From Thermoproteota archaeon (lineage in GTDB: Archaea > Korarchaeota > Korarchaeia > Korarchaeales > Korarchaeaceae): a DNA stretch of 18,410 nt. The stretch lies in NCBI GenBank assembly GCA_015522685.1, contig WALU01000059.1, positions 1 to 18,410 on the forward strand, written 5' to 3'. A model generated the notes under the pieces. The model worked only from the letters and a program-made list of their open reading frames with translations. It was not told the origin of the DNA and did not search any database. Below, one piece after another: positions 16,243 to 18,410 of this stretch. Numbering within the stretch: the first letter of the stretch is position 1; each line of letters begins with the position of its first letter. The translations under genes were made by a program, and so were the position numbers.

Positions 16243-16310
16243 GGCATATGGTAAAATGCCTCAGCCCCTTGCTGCAATCAACATAGTTGTGGCACGGGGA
16301 GGTGTGTATT

Positions 16311-18410
16311 ATGAAGAAAGCATATGCATATATAATGGCGGCCTTGGTCATGGCCGTGCTCGTTGGAGCTAGTGTGCTCCCGGCAATGGCCGGACCTGTC
16401 ATACACGAATTTCCGAAGCCCTTCGTCAAGGACGGAACTATAGACTATAACTTTGATGGCAATCCTGATGTAGCAATAATACTTGGTAGTAAGGCTGCTC
16501 CTGAGGACGTTCTAGGAGCTACACTTATAGCTGCCAAGATGGCTTCAAACCTCTACTATACTAATGCTCTCTGGGTAGATGCAAAGGATGCTGCTGCTAA
16601 TGGCATAACCCTATACCATGGTAGCTTCTCTGCTGAGGCTTATGGCCACAGATATCAGGCTCTTGACCTAGTTGGTAAATGGCAGGACTCTAGCACCTTC
16701 TGGGGTCCTCTGTGGGGAATGAACTTCAACACGAATACTGTTACTGTTAATCCATCCGGTCAAATATACCCGCTCCATGATGGATACGTCTTTGTACCTG
16801 CCGATGTGAAGAGCGTTTCAAATCCAACTCAGATAGATTATTCACTCGGAAAGCAGGTAGATCCTACTGACCTCAAGCAGTGGGTGGTCTTCGCAACTAG
16901 TGGCGCTACCTATCCACCAGCTTACACAGATAATGAGAAGAATGTATATGCCAAAACATTAAACTTTGATTGCGGTGGAACATTCACTTTCGACTATGAT
17001 GCTTGGGATACTACTAAGGATTATACGCCGACTAGCGATGTTACAACAAATATATCCTATGATTGGAACCATGCAGGATTTTACTTTATACATCCACTTA
17101 ACCCAATAGATGTTAAGGTTGGCACCAAGATAGTACTGCCTTGGGCTGGTTACTACTTGGTAGCTAACGATGTAGAAGTTGATGAGCCTAACACCTACAG
17201 CGTGGGCTTCACTGTCTACAAGATAGGATCCGATACTCCAATAGATTACTTCCACGTAGAGAATAGCAATGGTGTACCAAAGGATGACGATCCAACTACA
17301 TTCCAGACCTTCCTCTACAGCGTTATACACAGAGATACTTACATAGGCGCTGATATAAATGGAGATGGAGTAATAAGCGATCAGGAGAGACTAGTACCTT
17401 ACTTCGGTATAACAGTCAGGGATGTAGATCAGGCCCTTAATGTAGTTACTATGGACTTCTACTCACTGATACTTGCTCCGAACATATATCCTGGGCATGG
17501 TACGACTACTGGCACTAGTGACAGATCTTATGACTGGGATAACACAGTATGGTTCTTCGATAACACATATGGATGGCCTCACCCAACTAGTAGTGACTAT
17601 GCGAGTGCCGCAGATCCAGCTACTGGAAGCCCTAATGTAGACGTGATACTTGAGAAGTCCAACTATCCAGATACAACCGGTCCTAGGGTATTCGCTGGAG
17701 GTAACATGAAGCTTACCTTTACTGCAGGTACTGGTATACAGGCCTTCTACGAAGCTAAGGGCTACATAGTAGATGAACAGACTGTCTTCGGTCCATGGAC
17801 TGAATCCCTTGCTAGCGATGAGGCATTCTTAGGCATAAGCGGATACAACGGCGGCGCAGACTGGTACATGGTAGTGAAGTCTGGTACCCTTGGAGCTACG
17901 ATATTCACCCAGAACGAGACTGGCTGGTACAATCCACTCAATGAGGATGGTCACTTCACTGCCGGAGGCAAGGACTACTACTTCACGAGCGTTGTTAACA
18001 AACAGGTAGTGGCTGGACAGGAGTGTCCTGCTCTTCCGCCAGGAGTATACGGGCAGTACTGTGGTCCTGGCTGTGGACCAACATGGGGAGTATATGAATT
18101 CACGCAGGGCAATAAGGTAGAGAAGAGTCTTGAGTGCAACGCATTTGCTAAGCCTGATGTGCTCCAGGGCGAGGTTGCTAATTTCCCAACGGGCTCGACG
18201 TGTGGTAAGAACTTGGCACTAAGTACATATGCTGACTACACAACCGCTGATGTAACAACCGCAGTCTATCACTGGCAGCTCAATTGGCTCTATCCGATGA
18301 ATGCAACTGGAGTATTTGCTGGTATCTACGACAGAGTTGAGGACAGGAACGGTGATGGAGTATTCACTGGAGCAACCGAGCTAGTACCGGTAACAACGCC
18401 CGAAGGAAAG
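16311..18410 (+). CDS. Large secreted S-layer-like surface glycoprotein (partial; runs off the right edge)
   Basis: Frame open for 700 codons by hand translation. Signal peptide MKKAYAYIMAALVMAVLVGASVLPAMA, then FPKPFVKDG...DVAIILGSKAAPEDVLGATLIAAKMASNLYY, resembling the N-terminal domain of Methanococcales/Thermococcales-type S-layer proteins. Rich in Thr/Asp/Gly/Tyr, with N-glycosylation sequons NIS, NET and NAT, and a strong SD. Confidence 0.8.
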   Translation, partial: MKKAYAYIMAALVMAVLVGASVLPAMAGPVIHEFPKPFVKDGTIDYNFDGNPDVAIILGSKAAPEDVLGATLIAAKMASNLYYTNALWVDAKDAAANGITLYHGSFSAEAYGHRYQALDLVGKWQDSSTFWGPLWGMNFNTNTVTVNPSGQIYPLHDGYVFVPADVKSVSNPTQIDYSLGKQVDPTDLKQWVVFATSGATYPPAYTDNEKNVYAKTLNFDCGGTFTFDYDAWDTTKDYTPTSDVTTNISYDWNHAGFYFIHPLNPIDVKVGTKIVLPWAGYYLVANDVEVDEPNTYSVGFTVYKIGSDTPIDYFHVENSNGVPKDDDPTTFQTFLYSVIHRDTYIGADINGDGVISDQERLVPYFGITVRDVDQALNVVTMDFYSLILAPNIYPGHGTTTGTSDRSYDWDNTVWFFDNTYGWPHPTSSDYASAADPATGSPNVDVILEKSNYPDTTGPRVFAGGNMKLTFTAGTGIQAFYEAKGYIVDEQTVFGPWTESLASDEAFLGISGYNGGADWYMVVKSGTLGATIFTQNETGWYNPLNEDGHFTAGGKDYYFTSVVNKQVVAGQECPALPPGVYGQYCGPGCGPTWGVYEFTQGNKVEKSLECNAFAKPDVLQGEVANFPTGSTCGKNLALSTYADYTTADVTTAVYHWQLNWLYPMNATGVFAGIYDRVEDRNGDGVFTGATELVPVTTPEGK

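Noticed and set aside
16080-17330. Minus-strand ORFs 16080-16277, 16199-16429 and 16959-17330
   Set aside because: They overlap the promoter or the long plus-strand surface-protein frame and have no independent support.
1-18410. CRISPR array, tRNA, rRNA or defence system
   Set aside because: No regularly spaced repeat-spacer units or cloverleaf motifs were seen, and nearly all sequence is accounted for by core genes.

Overview
Archaeal chromosomal core region with no CRISPR, rRNA, tRNA or intact mobile element. Minus strand: rpoH-rpoB (unsplit)-rpoA1 (runs off the left edge). Next come a lone 2-oxoacid:ferredoxin oxidoreductase gamma subunit and elf1. A long plus-strand replication/translation cluster follows: PolD large subunit DP2, a small RPA14/Rpa3-like OB-fold protein, PCNA, PriL, PriS, GINS51, eL42 (L44e), eS27, aIF2-alpha and Nop10. 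After an AT-rich intergenic region, a large secreted S-layer-like protein runs off the right edge. rpoA1, nop10 and the S-layer-like gene are missing from the supplied ORF track and were translated by hand. Unsplit RpoB + Elf1 + PolD suggests a non-crenarchaeal TACK-type archaeon, possibly Korarchaeota (inference). I cannot support a clearly new biological system. The best leads are: the extended replisome operon whose RPA14-like gene appears to start at ACG; a histone-H1-like tail on RpoH; a Cys-to-Ile change at the DP2 intein site; a probable tnpB/omegaRNA-like relic between priS and gins; a perfect 24-bp palindrome; and a structured 5'UTR plus Ca-binding motifs in the surface protein.
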